Below the pieces are notes generated by a model. It did not search any database and was not told the DNA's origin. It saw nothing but the letters and a program-made list of their open reading frames with translations. The translations under genes were made by a program, and so were the position numbers. A DNA stretch of 64,000 nt from Patescibacteria group bacterium (GTDB lineage Bacteria; Patescibacteriota; Patescibacteriia; JAXHNJ01): positions 436,638-500,637 of the forward strand of contig JBAZMP010000001.1 of NCBI GenBank assembly GCA_041649715.1, written 5' to 3'. This document shows, piece after piece, positions 47,668 through 56,833 of the stretch. The first letter of the stretch is position 1. Each line of letters begins with the position of its first letter.

Positions 47668-48489
47668 TTAAATCCTTTGTATTTTACTGTAGACTTTTTC
47701 AATCAGCCAGTTCGGAGTCGAAGCTCCGGCTGTAAGTCCGATGGTTTTTTTATTTTTAAACCAGTTTTTTCGCAGTCCTTTTTCGTCTTCAATTTGATAA
47801 GTCTTTGCATATTGCGAGCAGACCTCTTTTAGTTTTTTTGTGTTGGAACTTTCGTTACCGCCCACGACGATAACCAGATCGGATTTTATAGCCAGGATTT
47901 TAGCGGCGGCTTGTCTTTCCCGCGTTGCTTGACAGACCGTATCATATATTTTTATACTTGAACCCCTTTTTTTCAAAATATTAATAATTTCAGCCGTGAC
48001 TTTGACGTTGGAAGTGGTTTGGCAAATAATGCCTAATTTATCTGATTTTTTTATTTTTGAGAGGTCCTTTTCATTTGAAATGATAATTGGCGCCTTAAGG
48101 TTGGCGGCGATAGCGACAATTTCGGGATGGTTTTTTTGGCCGATTATGATTACCTTAAGTCCCGATTTTTCCAAAGAAAGGGCCAGGAGCTGGGATTTCT
48201 TGACATAAGGACAGGTCAGGTCTATTATCTTTAAACCCCTTTTTCTCCCTTTATTAATTATGTTTTCCGCGACGCCGTGGGCGCGGATAAAAATTTTATC
48301 CCCCTTTTTAGTTTTGGCGAAATCACTAATTGGACAAATGCCTTTCCGTTTAAACGCGCTTACCACCGCAGGATTATGGATGATCGGTCCTAAGGTAAAA
48401 GCACGCCCCTTATTTTTTTCCAATGCATTTATCGCTCTTTTGACTCCGAAACAAAAACCATACTTTTTCGCCAAAATAATATTTTTCAT
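47668..48489 (-). CDS. ispH: 4-hydroxy-3-methylbut-2-enyl diphosphate reductase (LytB)
   Basis: GFCFGVKRA, IIHN, RAHG, TCPYV, HPEI, CQATRERQ, SSNT, TAGASTP; ATG 48489 chosen as start. Confidence 0.95.
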   Translation of the reverse strand: MKNIILAKKYGFCFGVKRAINALEKNKGRAFTLGPIIHNPAVVSAFKRKGICPISDFAKTKKGDKIFIRAHGVAENIINKGRKRGLKIIDLTCPYVKKSQLLALSLEKSGLKVIIIGQKNHPEIVAIAANLKAPIIISNEKDLSKIKKSDKLGIICQTTSNVKVTAEIINILKKRGSSIKIYDTVCQATRERQAAAKILAIKSDLVIVVGGNESSNTKKLKEVCSQYAKTYQIEDEKGLRKNWFKNKKTIGLTAGASTPNWLIEKVYSKIQRI

Positions 48490-48584
48490 ATAAGTCAATA
48501 TTATATTAATGTCGTGTTAAAGTCAATATATTTGCTAAAATTAGCCAAAAAGTACCAAAGTTAAAATTATATTCTCGAGTGAAA

Positions 48585-48613
48585 TTGACAAAGTAAATAT
48601 CACGTGATAATAT
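48585..48613 (+). promoter_or_regulatory. Sigma70 promoter of the infA/alpha operon
   Basis: TTGACA-17-TAATAT with a TGn extension. Confidence 0.7.
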
Positions 48614-48625
48614 AAAACATGTTGC

Positions 48626-48700
48626 TCAAGACTTAAGACAGCAGTGATATATTAATTGGGTGTTTGTCTGTGCCAAATTTTAAGTCTTGAAGGGCACAGA
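48626..48700 (+). promoter_or_regulatory. Structured 5' leader (pseudoknot) of the infA-rpmJ-rpsM-rpsK-rpsD-rpoA operon
   Basis: TCAAGACTTAA/TTAAGTCTTGA stem; loop segment TCTGTGCC is complementary to downstream GGCACAGA. Confidence 0.6.
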
Positions 48701-48711
48701 TTTTTTTAAAT

Positions 48712-48960
48712 ATGAACGATCAAGCGAAAAAAATAGACATCAAGACCAATAAAAAGGGTTTTTTGGAAATAAGGGCAAAGGTAATAGAACTTTTGCCTTC
48801 GACCACCTTTAAGGTTGAGGCAGAAAACGGTCATGAAATATTAGCCTATCTTTCCGGTAAAATGCGTTTGCACCATATCCATATTTTACCCGGAGACACC
48901 GTCTTGTTGGAAATTTCACCCTATGATTTAAAACGTGGTCGCATAACTTATCGTTTTTAA
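48712..48960 (+). CDS. infA: Translation initiation factor IF-1
   Basis: [38 protein letters not shown]. Confidence 0.96.
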   Translation: MNDQAKKIDIKTNKKGFLEIRAKVIELLPSTTFKVEAENGHEILAYLSGKMRLHHIHILPGDTVLLEISPYDLKRGRITYRF

Positions 48961-48963
48961 TTT

Positions 48964-49077
48964 ATGAAAGTTAGAGCCTCAGTAAAAATCAGATGTAAAA
49001 ACTGCAAAGCGGTCCGCCGTAAAAAAAGAATTTACATCATTTGTTCAAATCCCAAGCACAAACAAAGGCAAGGATAA
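48964..49077 (+). CDS. rpmJ: 50S ribosomal protein L36
   Basis: Read by hand: [37 protein letters not shown]. Confidence 0.97.
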   Translation: MKVRASVKIRCKNCKAVRRKKRIYIICSNPKHKQRQG

Positions 49078-49083
49078 ATTATT

Positions 49084-49476
49084 ATGGCTGTAAGAATTGC
49101 CGGAATAACCCTTCCGCAAAATAAAAGAATAGAAATCGCTTTAACCTATATTTTTGGTATTGGTCCCTCTTTATCCAAAAAAACTTTAAAAGAACTGGGA
49201 ATTAATCCGGATACAAGAACACAGAATTTAAGCGAGGAAGAGATAAACAAAGTGAGGAATGTAATTGAAAAAAAATATCGAGTCGAAGGCGAACTTCGGC
49301 GCGAGATAGTTATGAATATAAAAAGATTAAGGGAAATCGGCACCTATCGAGGTAGCCGACACACTAAAAATTTGCCCGTCCGCGGCCAAAGAACAAAGAC
49401 TAATTCCCGCACCGTTCGGGGAAATGTGAGAAAAACCATGGGTTCGGGTCGTAAAGCGGCCGCGGAAAAAACGTAA
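49084..49476 (+). CDS. rpsM: 30S ribosomal protein S13
   Basis: [31 protein letters not shown]. Confidence 0.98.
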   Translation: MAVRIAGITLPQNKRIEIALTYIFGIGPSLSKKTLKELGINPDTRTQNLSEEEINKVRNVIEKKYRVEGELRREIVMNIKRLREIGTYRGSRHTKNLPVRGQRTKTNSRTVRGNVRKTMGSGRKAAAEKT

Positions 49477-49492
49477 TTTAAATTGGCTTATT

Positions 49493-49879
49493 ATGAGCAT
49501 TAAGGAAAGAAAGAAAAAGAAAACCAAAAAGTATGTGCCACAGGGAAGGGCTTATATCATGTCCACTTATAACAATACTATGGTTACGCTTACTGATTCG
49601 AAAGGGGATGTCCTGGCTTCTTCCTCGGCTGGCCAGGTCGGTTTTAAAGGGCCGAAAAAATCCACTCCCTTTGCGGCCGGAATAATCGTAAGAAACGTGA
49701 TTGAGAAGGTAAGTGATTACGGCCTCAAGAGCGTCGAAGTTTTTGTTAAAGGGGTTGGTTCGGGCCGCGAAGCAGCCGTACGGGCCCTCTATAGCAATGG
49801 TCTGAATATTCTTTCGATAAAAGACCTGACCCCTATTCCGCATAACGGCCCAAGGCCTAAAAAAGTAAGGAGAGTCTAA
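49493..49879 (+). CDS. rpsK: 30S ribosomal protein S11
   Basis: STYNNT, GFKGPKKSTPFAA, GVGSGRE, TPIPHNG. Confidence 0.98.
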   Translation: MSIKERKKKKTKKYVPQGRAYIMSTYNNTMVTLTDSKGDVLASSSAGQVGFKGPKKSTPFAAGIIVRNVIEKVSDYGLKSVEVFVKGVGSGREAAVRALYSNGLNILSIKDLTPIPHNGPRPKKVRRV

Positions 49880-49891
49880 ATCATAACTCAT

Positions 49892-50518
49892 ATGTTGCGC
49901 GAACAAGTGTGTAAAAAATGTCGCCGGGCTGGAGAGAAGCTTTTTCTAAAAGGCGAAAGATGTAATTCGCCTAAATGCGCTATGGTGAAGAGAAATTACC
50001 CGCCGGGTATCCACGGGCAAAAGGGCTATTCCCGGATGTCCGGATTTGCCGTCCATCTCAAAGAAAAACAGAAAATAAGGTATATCTACGGCCTTACAGA
50101 AACACAGCTGGCGAACTACATGAGAAAAGCGCTTAAGAAAAAGGGTAATACCAGCGAACTTTTTTTGCAAAGTCTGGAAAGACGTTTTGACAATATCGTA
50201 TTTCGTTTAGGCTTCGCCCGATCAAGGGCGGAAGCAAGAAAAACGATAACTCATGGGCATTTCTTGATTAACGACAAAAAAGTCAATATTCCTTCCTATC
50301 TTTTGCGGCCTAAGGATAAGATCACCCTTGCGGCAAAAAGCGCTAAAAATAAATTGTTCAGCGAGATCTTAAAGTCCGCCGACAAGCAAAAAACTGCCGA
50401 TTGGCTAAGCTTCGACAAAACAAGCCATCAGGGCGAGGTTTTGCATCTGCCGACGCAAAAGGATCTTAATCTCGGTTTTCAAACCCAGTTGGTCGTTGAA
50501 TTTTATTCTAATGGTTAA
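49892..50518 (+). CDS. rpsD: 30S ribosomal protein S4
   Basis: CKKCRR..EKLFLKGERC, PPGIHG, LKEKQK, LERRFDNIVFRLG. Confidence 0.98.
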   Translation: MLREQVCKKCRRAGEKLFLKGERCNSPKCAMVKRNYPPGIHGQKGYSRMSGFAVHLKEKQKIRYIYGLTETQLANYMRKALKKKGNTSELFLQSLERRFDNIVFRLGFARSRAEARKTITHGHFLINDKKVNIPSYLLRPKDKITLAAKSAKNKLFSEILKSADKQKTADWLSFDKTSHQGEVLHLPTQKDLNLGFQTQLVVEFYSNG

Positions 50519-50542
50519 TTTTTAATATCATATAAGAAAAAT

Positions 50543-51379
50543 ATGGAAAACATTTCCCTACCCAGTAAAATAGAAACGCAAAAAATAGACGCCAACACAA
50601 CGAAGTTTATTTTTGAGCCTCTTTATCCGGGTTACGGGATGACGGTAGGCAACGCGTTGCGCCGGGTATTGCTTTCATCTCTGCCGGGTGCCGCGGTACA
50701 AGCTGTAAAGATTAAAGGCGTTGATCACGAATTTTCTACCATCCCAAATGTTAAAGAGGATGTCGTGAGTATACTTTTAAATTTAAAGCAACTGCGTTTT
50801 AAGTTTCACGGCGATGAGCCAGTGGTTCTTAGCCTTAAAGCAAAAGGAGAAAAACAAGTGACCGCGGCTGATATAAAGCCAACAGCCGAGGTGGAAGTGG
50901 TTAATGGCAAGCAGCATATCGCAGTATTAACGGATAAAGCCGCCATACTGGAAATGGACATTACCGTGGGTCCCGGACGCGGTTATGTTCCCGTTGAAAT
51001 GCGCGAAAAGGAGGTTTTGGATATCGGTACAATCGCTATCGACGCCATCTATACTCCGATAAAAAACGTGAATTTTACCATTGAAAATGTGCGTGTTGAA
51101 CAAATGACGAATTATGACCGTTTAATTCTGGAGATAGCGACCGATGGAACGATCTCGGCCGAACAGGCTTTAAAGATGGCCGCCCAGACTTTATTGGAAC
51201 ATTTTGAATTTGTAAAAAACCTTAAGTCTTCCAAAGCAGACGAGAGTGCCGCGGAAAAATCAAAAACGAAAAAAGAGGAGAAGGAAATAGCCGCCGCTCC
51301 CACCGATAAGGAGGGGGAAAAAGAGAAGGTTGTTAAGAAAAAAAGAGGACGTCCTAAAAAAGCAGAAGACATCACTTAA
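50543..51379 (+). CDS. rpoA: RNA polymerase alpha subunit, lacking the canonical alpha-CTD
   Basis: EPLYPGYGMTVGNALRRVLLSS, HEFSTI, GRGYVP, IDAIYTP; after ~residue 228 only a K/E-rich tail with KKKRGRPKK. Confidence 0.97.
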   Translation: MENISLPSKIETQKIDANTTKFIFEPLYPGYGMTVGNALRRVLLSSLPGAAVQAVKIKGVDHEFSTIPNVKEDVVSILLNLKQLRFKFHGDEPVVLSLKAKGEKQVTAADIKPTAEVEVVNGKQHIAVLTDKAAILEMDITVGPGRGYVPVEMREKEVLDIGTIAIDAIYTPIKNVNFTIENVRVEQMTNYDRLILEIATDGTISAEQALKMAAQTLLEHFEFVKNLKSSKADESAAEKSKTKKEEKEIAAAPTDKEGEKEKVVKKKRGRPKKAEDIT

Positions 51380-51382
51380 AAA

Positions 51383-51730
51383 ATGAAACATCTTAAGAAA
51401 AATAAAGTCGTCAGCGGCAAGAGGAGTTATCAAAAGCAAGTCCAGTCTAGCTTGATCGCCAGTTTAATTATGCGGGATAAGATCGTCACTAATTTAAGCA
51501 GGGCAAAAGTTTTGCGCTCTGCCGCCGAAAAATTAATAACTCAGGCCAAAAAAAACAACTTAGCCTCCCGGCGCTTGATCTTAAAAGTCGTGCCGCCAAA
51601 AGAGGCGGATAAGTTAATTACGGTTATCGCCCCTCGTTATCGCGAAAAAAAAGGTGGCTATCTTCGTCTTTCCCGCTTGAAAAATCGGTTCGGTGATAAC
51701 GCGCCGCAAGCCGTAATCGAGTTTACCTAA
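51383..51730 (+). CDS. rplQ: 50S ribosomal protein L17
   Basis: MKH, AEKLITQAK, GGYLR, R.GDNA; follows rpoA. Confidence 0.92.
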   Translation: MKHLKKNKVVSGKRSYQKQVQSSLIASLIMRDKIVTNLSRAKVLRSAAEKLITQAKKNNLASRRLILKVVPPKEADKLITVIAPRYREKKGGYLRLSRLKNRFGDNAPQAVIEFT

Positions 51731-51733
51731 ACT

Positions 51734-52096
51734 ATGAAATCAAAAACTTTATCTTCTAAAATTACCATCGATGCGGCCGGACAGTCCCTTGGACGTGTGG
51801 CGAGCCAAATAGCGCAGGTTCTTTCCGGGAAAAATCGACCCAGCTATCAGCCAAATAAACTATCCGGTCAAATGGTCGAGGTAATTAACGCCTCGAAAAT
51901 AAAGCTGACTGCCGCTAAGCTTTACCAAAAAAAGTATTTTCATTTTTCAGGTTATCCCGGTGGGTTAAAAACCACCTATCTAAGTGAGTTATGGGCCAAA
52001 GATCCCGCCTCTGTATTGAGAAGAACTGTCTTAAGGATGGTTCCGCGTAATAGGTTGCGAAAAGAAAAAATGAAAACTTTAACGATTAATAATTAG
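51734..52096 (+). CDS. rplM: 50S ribosomal protein L13 (short form)
   Basis: IDAAGQSLGRVAS, L.GKNRPSY.P, VINA, HFSGYPGGLK. Confidence 0.93.
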   Translation: MKSKTLSSKITIDAAGQSLGRVASQIAQVLSGKNRPSYQPNKLSGQMVEVINASKIKLTAAKLYQKKYFHFSGYPGGLKTTYLSELWAKDPASVLRRTVLRMVPRNRLRKEKMKTLTINN

Positions 52097-52100
52097 GAAA

Positions 52101-52568
52101 ATGCCAAAAAAAACCCGCAAAAAAGCAATTAAAGAGGTCAAAGAAAAAATAGACGACTCGGCCGTTAAAAATATTAAAAGGACCTATCTTATTGGTTTGG
52201 GTCGCCGTAAAGCATCCGTCGCCAGAGTGAGGTATTATAAAAAAGGGGAAAACGAAATTTTGATAAATAACAAACAATATCAGCAATATTTCCCTTATTT
52301 TGAGTTTCAAAATATCGTTAGACAGCCAATAGAAAAAATTGGCTTTAAGGAATTGGGCCAGTTTAATATAAGAGTGGCGGGCGGCGGAAAAAGAGGCCAG
52401 GCGGAGAGCATTCGCCTGGGCATTGCCCGCGTCTTGATCCAAATTGATAAAAGTTGGCGAAAAATTCTTAAAGCGGAAGGATATTTAAAGCGTGACCCTC
52501 GTGAAAAAGAAAGAAAGAAACCCGGCCTGAAAAGAGCGAGACGCGCCCCCCAGTGGCAAAAAAGATAA
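52101..52568 (+). CDS. rpsI: 30S ribosomal protein S9
   Basis: GRRKASVARV, GGGKRGQAESIRLGIAR, RDPREKERKKPGL, PQWQKR. Confidence 0.97.
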   Translation: MPKKTRKKAIKEVKEKIDDSAVKNIKRTYLIGLGRRKASVARVRYYKKGENEILINNKQYQQYFPYFEFQNIVRQPIEKIGFKELGQFNIRVAGGGKRGQAESIRLGIARVLIQIDKSWRKILKAEGYLKRDPREKERKKPGLKRARRAPQWQKR

Positions 52569-52584
52569 ATTTTTATTTAAAATT

Positions 52585-54042
52585 TTGGCTACGACTGTCA
52601 AAGAAAATAGACTCTCTTTTAACACTTTATTTTTGACCGTCGCCTACACGTTGCAAAAAGTAATCTCTTTTGGTTACTTTATTTATTATGCCCGTTTTAT
52701 CGGTTATGTCGGCACGGGGAAATTCACTTTCGCGGTTTCTTTCGCCACCGTATTTGGTATCTTAGTGGATCTGGGTTTAAGCCCGGTCCTTATTCGGGAA
52801 GTGGCGCGCGTCAAGGAAAAGGCCGAAGACTATCTTTCGGCGGTTTTTACGATTAAAATATTTTTTGCCTTTATTGCTCTATTGGCGATTTTTATCGGCA
52901 TAAACCTGCTTGATTATCCTTCTGAAACAAAAAACTTAGTCTATTTTGCCGCCTTGGTCATGATTTTTGAATCATTTACCTTAAGTTTGTACGGCGTCTT
53001 CCGCGGTCTGCAAAACCTGAAGTATGAGGCCATCGGCACGGTCATTTACCAATTTTTGGTTTTGCTTTCCGGTGTGATCGGTTTTCAAATAACCCACCAA
53101 ACCATTGTTTTGGGCCTCGCGATCGTGATCGGCGCGATGGGTAATTTTAGCTATGCACTTATTAATATATTAAGAAAAACTGACGCGCGGCCCCGATTTA
53201 AATTAAATTTTGAGGTGATGAGGAGTCTGCTAAAAATGGCCATGCCGTTTTTTTTAGCCGGCATTTTCACAAAAATTTACGCTTATATTGATATTCTTTT
53301 GCTCTCGTTTCTTAAAAAAGCGGATAACGGCGATCAATATGTCGGATGGTATTCCGTGGCCTATAAACTGACATATGCCATTCAATTTATTCCCATCGCC
53401 ATCAACAACAGCGTTTATCCCGCTCTTTCTTCCCTGTATGTAAAATCAAAGGAGTTAATGGCGATGACGATAGAGAACGCATTTCGATATTTGATAATTA
53501 TCAGTATCCCGATTTCTCTAGGAGCATTTGTTTATGCGGATAAAATCACAATTTTATTGACAAAGCAATATGCCAACGCCATACCCGCCTTCCGTATCTC
53601 TATCCTCGGCTTGATTTTTATTTTTCTTAATTTCATATTGGGATCGGTGTTGAACGCCTGTAATAAACAGATTCAGTATACTATCAATTTGGGTTTGACG
53701 GTCGTGGTTAACATAGTGGCTAATTTGATCTTGATTCCCAGGTTTAACCACGTTGGTGCCTCTATTGCCGCTTTTTTGAGCGCTTTTTTCTTGTTTATAA
53801 TCAGCTATTACCGGGCCAATCGTTTGGTAAAATTAAACAAAATTAAGATTCTCAAATGGTTTATTAAAGCTCTAGCGGCCTCGCTTATAATGATTTTTGT
53901 CACGTATTTTTTCAAATCCTATGTGAGGTTTTATTACCTTGCTCCTTTGGGAGCCATACTTTATGTCATTTTTTTATTTATTGTCGGGGGAATAAAACGG
54001 GCGGATATTATTGAATTCTCCCGATCTCTTAGGAAAAAGTGA
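52585..54042 (+). CDS. Polysaccharide flippase (Wzx/MOP family)
   Basis: ~12-14 TM, DLGL...LIREVAR, VGWYSVAYKL, NLILIPRFNHVGASIA. Confidence 0.9.
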   Translation: MATTVKENRLSFNTLFLTVAYTLQKVISFGYFIYYARFIGYVGTGKFTFAVSFATVFGILVDLGLSPVLIREVARVKEKAEDYLSAVFTIKIFFAFIALLAIFIGINLLDYPSETKNLVYFAALVMIFESFTLSLYGVFRGLQNLKYEAIGTVIYQFLVLLSGVIGFQITHQTIVLGLAIVIGAMGNFSYALINILRKTDARPRFKLNFEVMRSLLKMAMPFFLAGIFTKIYAYIDILLLSFLKKADNGDQYVGWYSVAYKLTYAIQFIPIAINNSVYPALSSLYVKSKELMAMTIENAFRYLIIISIPISLGAFVYADKITILLTKQYANAIPAFRISILGLIFIFLNFILGSVLNACNKQIQYTINLGLTVVVNIVANLILIPRFNHVGASIAAFLSAFFLFIISYYRANRLVKLNKIKILKWFIKALAASLIMIFVTYFFKSYVRFYYLAPLGAILYVIFLFIVGGIKRADIIEFSRSLRKK

Positions 54043-54043
54043 T

Positions 54044-55849
54044 ATGAAAAAATCACTTCTTATTACATATTTTTTCCCGCCGAAACTAGGAGGTATTGAA
54101 AACTATTTTAAAAACCTCTGTTTAAATCTGCCGCCCGATAAAATAGTTGTCTTAGCGGAACCGGCCGAAAATGCGGAGGATATAGATAAAGCTTTTCCGT
54201 TCAAGGTTATTAGAAATAAATTATTCCCTTGGCCGCAAATAAAGCCTTCTTGGCTGCCTTTGTTTTTTACTTTAAAAAAGATAATTAAAAAGGATCAAAT
54301 CGAGCTATTGCAATTCGGTCATTACTCGAATCTGGTTACTCTTGGCTGGTTATTAAAAAAAATATCCGGCTTACCCTATATCGTTTATACCCACGGTGTT
54401 GATACGTTGCTGCCCCAAAACAGCAATTTTCAAAAAAACTTGATGAGACGTAATTTGATAAATGCCGACTGGGTGATTGCCAACAGCCAGTACATGAAAA
54501 AAAGGCTGACTGATTTTGGGCTAAATAAAAGTAAAATAGTCGTCGTCTATCCTTCTTTGCCAAATGACTATTTTACGGAAGTTAGCGGACAAGAAGCTTT
54601 AGAGGATAAATATGGACTAAAAAATCATAAAGTAATTCTCACCGTAGGGCATCTAATTGAAAGAAAGGGACAAGATGACGTTATTAAATCTTTACCGTCA
54701 ATTATAAAGGTCTATCCGGAGCTTAAATATCTGATGGTTGGTGAGGGACCTTACCGTAAAAATTTGGAAGATTTAGCCTCGAAACTCGGAGTTCGGGAAA
54801 ATGTCATCTTTACCGGGCCGATTGAGGACCGGCTAGAACTAAAGTTGCCTTTTTATAAAGCCGCCGATCTATTCGTTATGCCAACGCGTGAATTGGAGGG
54901 CGGAAAAAATGTCGAGAGTTTCGGCATTGTTTATTTAGAGGCACAGGGGGCCGGATGTCCGGTCATCGCTTCAAATATCGGAGGAGCGCCCGAGACCATG
55001 GTGCCGGATGAAACAGGATTGCTGGTGGAGCCTGGGCGTATTAAAGATCTAAGCGATACGATTCTTAAATTACTGGCCGATGAATCAAGGCGGCATTCAA
55101 TGGGAGAAAAGGCGAAGAAATGGGTTAGACAAGCCTTTAGCTGGCCTCATCAAGCTCGGAAAGTCGCTTTTTTATTGGAATCAAACGCGATTTCTAAAAA
55201 ATTGCCAAATCAGTCGGGCGTAAGCCTTATTATTCCCGTGTACCAGGTAGAAGACACGCTAAAAAAATGCCTGGCCAGCATTTTTAACCAAACTTTTAAA
55301 GATTTTGAAATAATTGCCGTAAACGATGGGTCAACAGATAAAGGACCTCAAGTATTAGATAAATATAAAGATAGCTTAACCATCATTAACCAAGATAATA
55401 GGGGAGCGGCCGCGGCCAGGAACACCGGCGCGGCCAGGGCTAACGGCAAATATATTTTCTTTTGCGATGCCGATGTCGTATTAAAGCCCACGGCCTTAGA
55501 AAAAATGGTCAAGGTGTTAGAAATAAATCCTCAAATATCATTTTGTTATTGCGCTTTTCGTTTCGGCTGGCGGAGTTTTAAGGCTCTGCCATATTCTAAA
55601 GAGCGATTAAAAAAATATAATTATATTTCCACCATGACTCTTTTGCGAAGAGATGATTTCCCGGGCTTTGACGAAAAGCTAAAACGTTTCCAAGATTGGG
55701 ATTTATGGCTAACGTTGGCCAAAAAAAATAAGAATGGCATCTCTCTGGACGAAACTTTATTCACGGCCCCCATGAGGGCGGGCGGAATTAGCCGTCAAAT
55801 AGAGAAAGAAGAAGCAATGAAAGTCATAATAAACAAGCATCATTTATGA
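54044..55849 (+). CDS. Fused GT4 + GT2 glycosyltransferase
   Basis: N-terminal FPPKLGGIE...ESFGIVYLEAQ (GT4); C-terminal VSLIIP..VNDGSTD..FCDADV..QDWDLW (GT2). Confidence 0.9.
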   Translation: MKKSLLITYFFPPKLGGIENYFKNLCLNLPPDKIVVLAEPAENAEDIDKAFPFKVIRNKLFPWPQIKPSWLPLFFTLKKIIKKDQIELLQFGHYSNLVTLGWLLKKISGLPYIVYTHGVDTLLPQNSNFQKNLMRRNLINADWVIANSQYMKKRLTDFGLNKSKIVVVYPSLPNDYFTEVSGQEALEDKYGLKNHKVILTVGHLIERKGQDDVIKSLPSIIKVYPELKYLMVGEGPYRKNLEDLASKLGVRENVIFTGPIEDRLELKLPFYKAADLFVMPTRELEGGKNVESFGIVYLEAQGAGCPVIASNIGGAPETMVPDETGLLVEPGRIKDLSDTILKLLADESRRHSMGEKAKKWVRQAFSWPHQARKVAFLLESNAISKKLPNQSGVSLIIPVYQVEDTLKKCLASIFNQTFKDFEIIAVNDGSTDKGPQVLDKYKDSLTIINQDNRGAAAARNTGAARANGKYIFFCDADVVLKPTALEKMVKVLEINPQISFCYCAFRFGWRSFKALPYSKERLKKYNYISTMTLLRRDDFPGFDEKLKRFQDWDLWLTLAKKNKNGISLDETLFTAPMRAGGISRQIEKEEAMKVIINKHHL

Positions 55850-56733
55850 GGGATCAAAGTAAAATCGAATTATCGGTTATTATTGTCTCCTGGAATACCG
55901 GTCGTCTAATAGAAAATTGTCTCAAATCAATTTATAAGACGGTAAGCCACATAGATTTTGAAATTATCGTCATTGACAATAATTCCTCTGATAATACGGT
56001 TCAGATGATAGAAAAGAATTTTCCCAACATTATTTTGATCAAAAATAATTCAAATCTTGGCTTTGCCTCGGCTAATAATCAGGGAATTGCTCGGGCGAAA
56101 GGTGATTTTCTACTGCTCTTGAACCCGGATACTATACTGCTTTCAAATTCCATCCCGCCTTCTTTAGAAGAACTAAAAAAAGACCATAAAATCGCCGTTT
56201 TGGGCGCAAAAATCCTAAATCCTGATTTAAGCCTGCAGCCATCTTGTCGGCGATTTCCCGATCTAGCCTCACAGATACTGATACTTTTAAAAATTCATAA
56301 TTTGTTCCCTCATCTTAGACCTTTGAAAAAGTATTTAATGTCGGATTGGCCGCATAATGAAAAACGAGAAGTCGATCAAGTGATGGGCGCTTATTTTCTG
56401 ACAAAACGAGAAATTATTGAAGAAGCCGGGGTATTAGACGAAAAATACAAGCTATATTTTGAAGAAGTGGATTTTTGCTATCGGGTTAAACAAATGGGCT
56501 ATAAAGTGGTCTTTTTTCCAGAGGCTAAAATCATTCATTATCAGGGGGAAAGCTTTAAACAAGTGCGTGGCCTAAAATCTCAAATCTATTGGAACAACAG
56601 TTTAAGACGCTATTTTAAAAAATATGGTCGTCCCTTCCAATACTCTTTCTTAACTATTCTTTATCCGATCAGCATATTTTTGGCTTTGATCGTGCAAGTC
56701 TTAATAAAACTTAAAATTATCGCCAAAAAATAG
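55846..56733 (+). CDS. Glycosyltransferase family 2 (WbbL-like)
   Basis: IIVSWNT, IDNNSSD, GFASANNQG, LLNPD, YFEEVDFC. Confidence 0.92.
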   Translation: MRDQSKIELSVIIVSWNTGRLIENCLKSIYKTVSHIDFEIIVIDNNSSDNTVQMIEKNFPNIILIKNNSNLGFASANNQGIARAKGDFLLLLNPDTILLSNSIPPSLEELKKDHKIAVLGAKILNPDLSLQPSCRRFPDLASQILILLKIHNLFPHLRPLKKYLMSDWPHNEKREVDQVMGAYFLTKREIIEEAGVLDEKYKLYFEEVDFCYRVKQMGYKVVFFPEAKIIHYQGESFKQVRGLKSQIYWNNSLRRYFKKYGRPFQYSFLTILYPISIFLALIVQVLIKLKIIAKK

Positions 56734-56833
56734 GCGATATTCAAGGGGTTTACTGACGCCCATCCCTTTAGTTTTTTTGTTTGTCATAAGTCGCGGAAAA
56801 TGCTATAATTTCTTCTTACATTAAGTAAAAATA

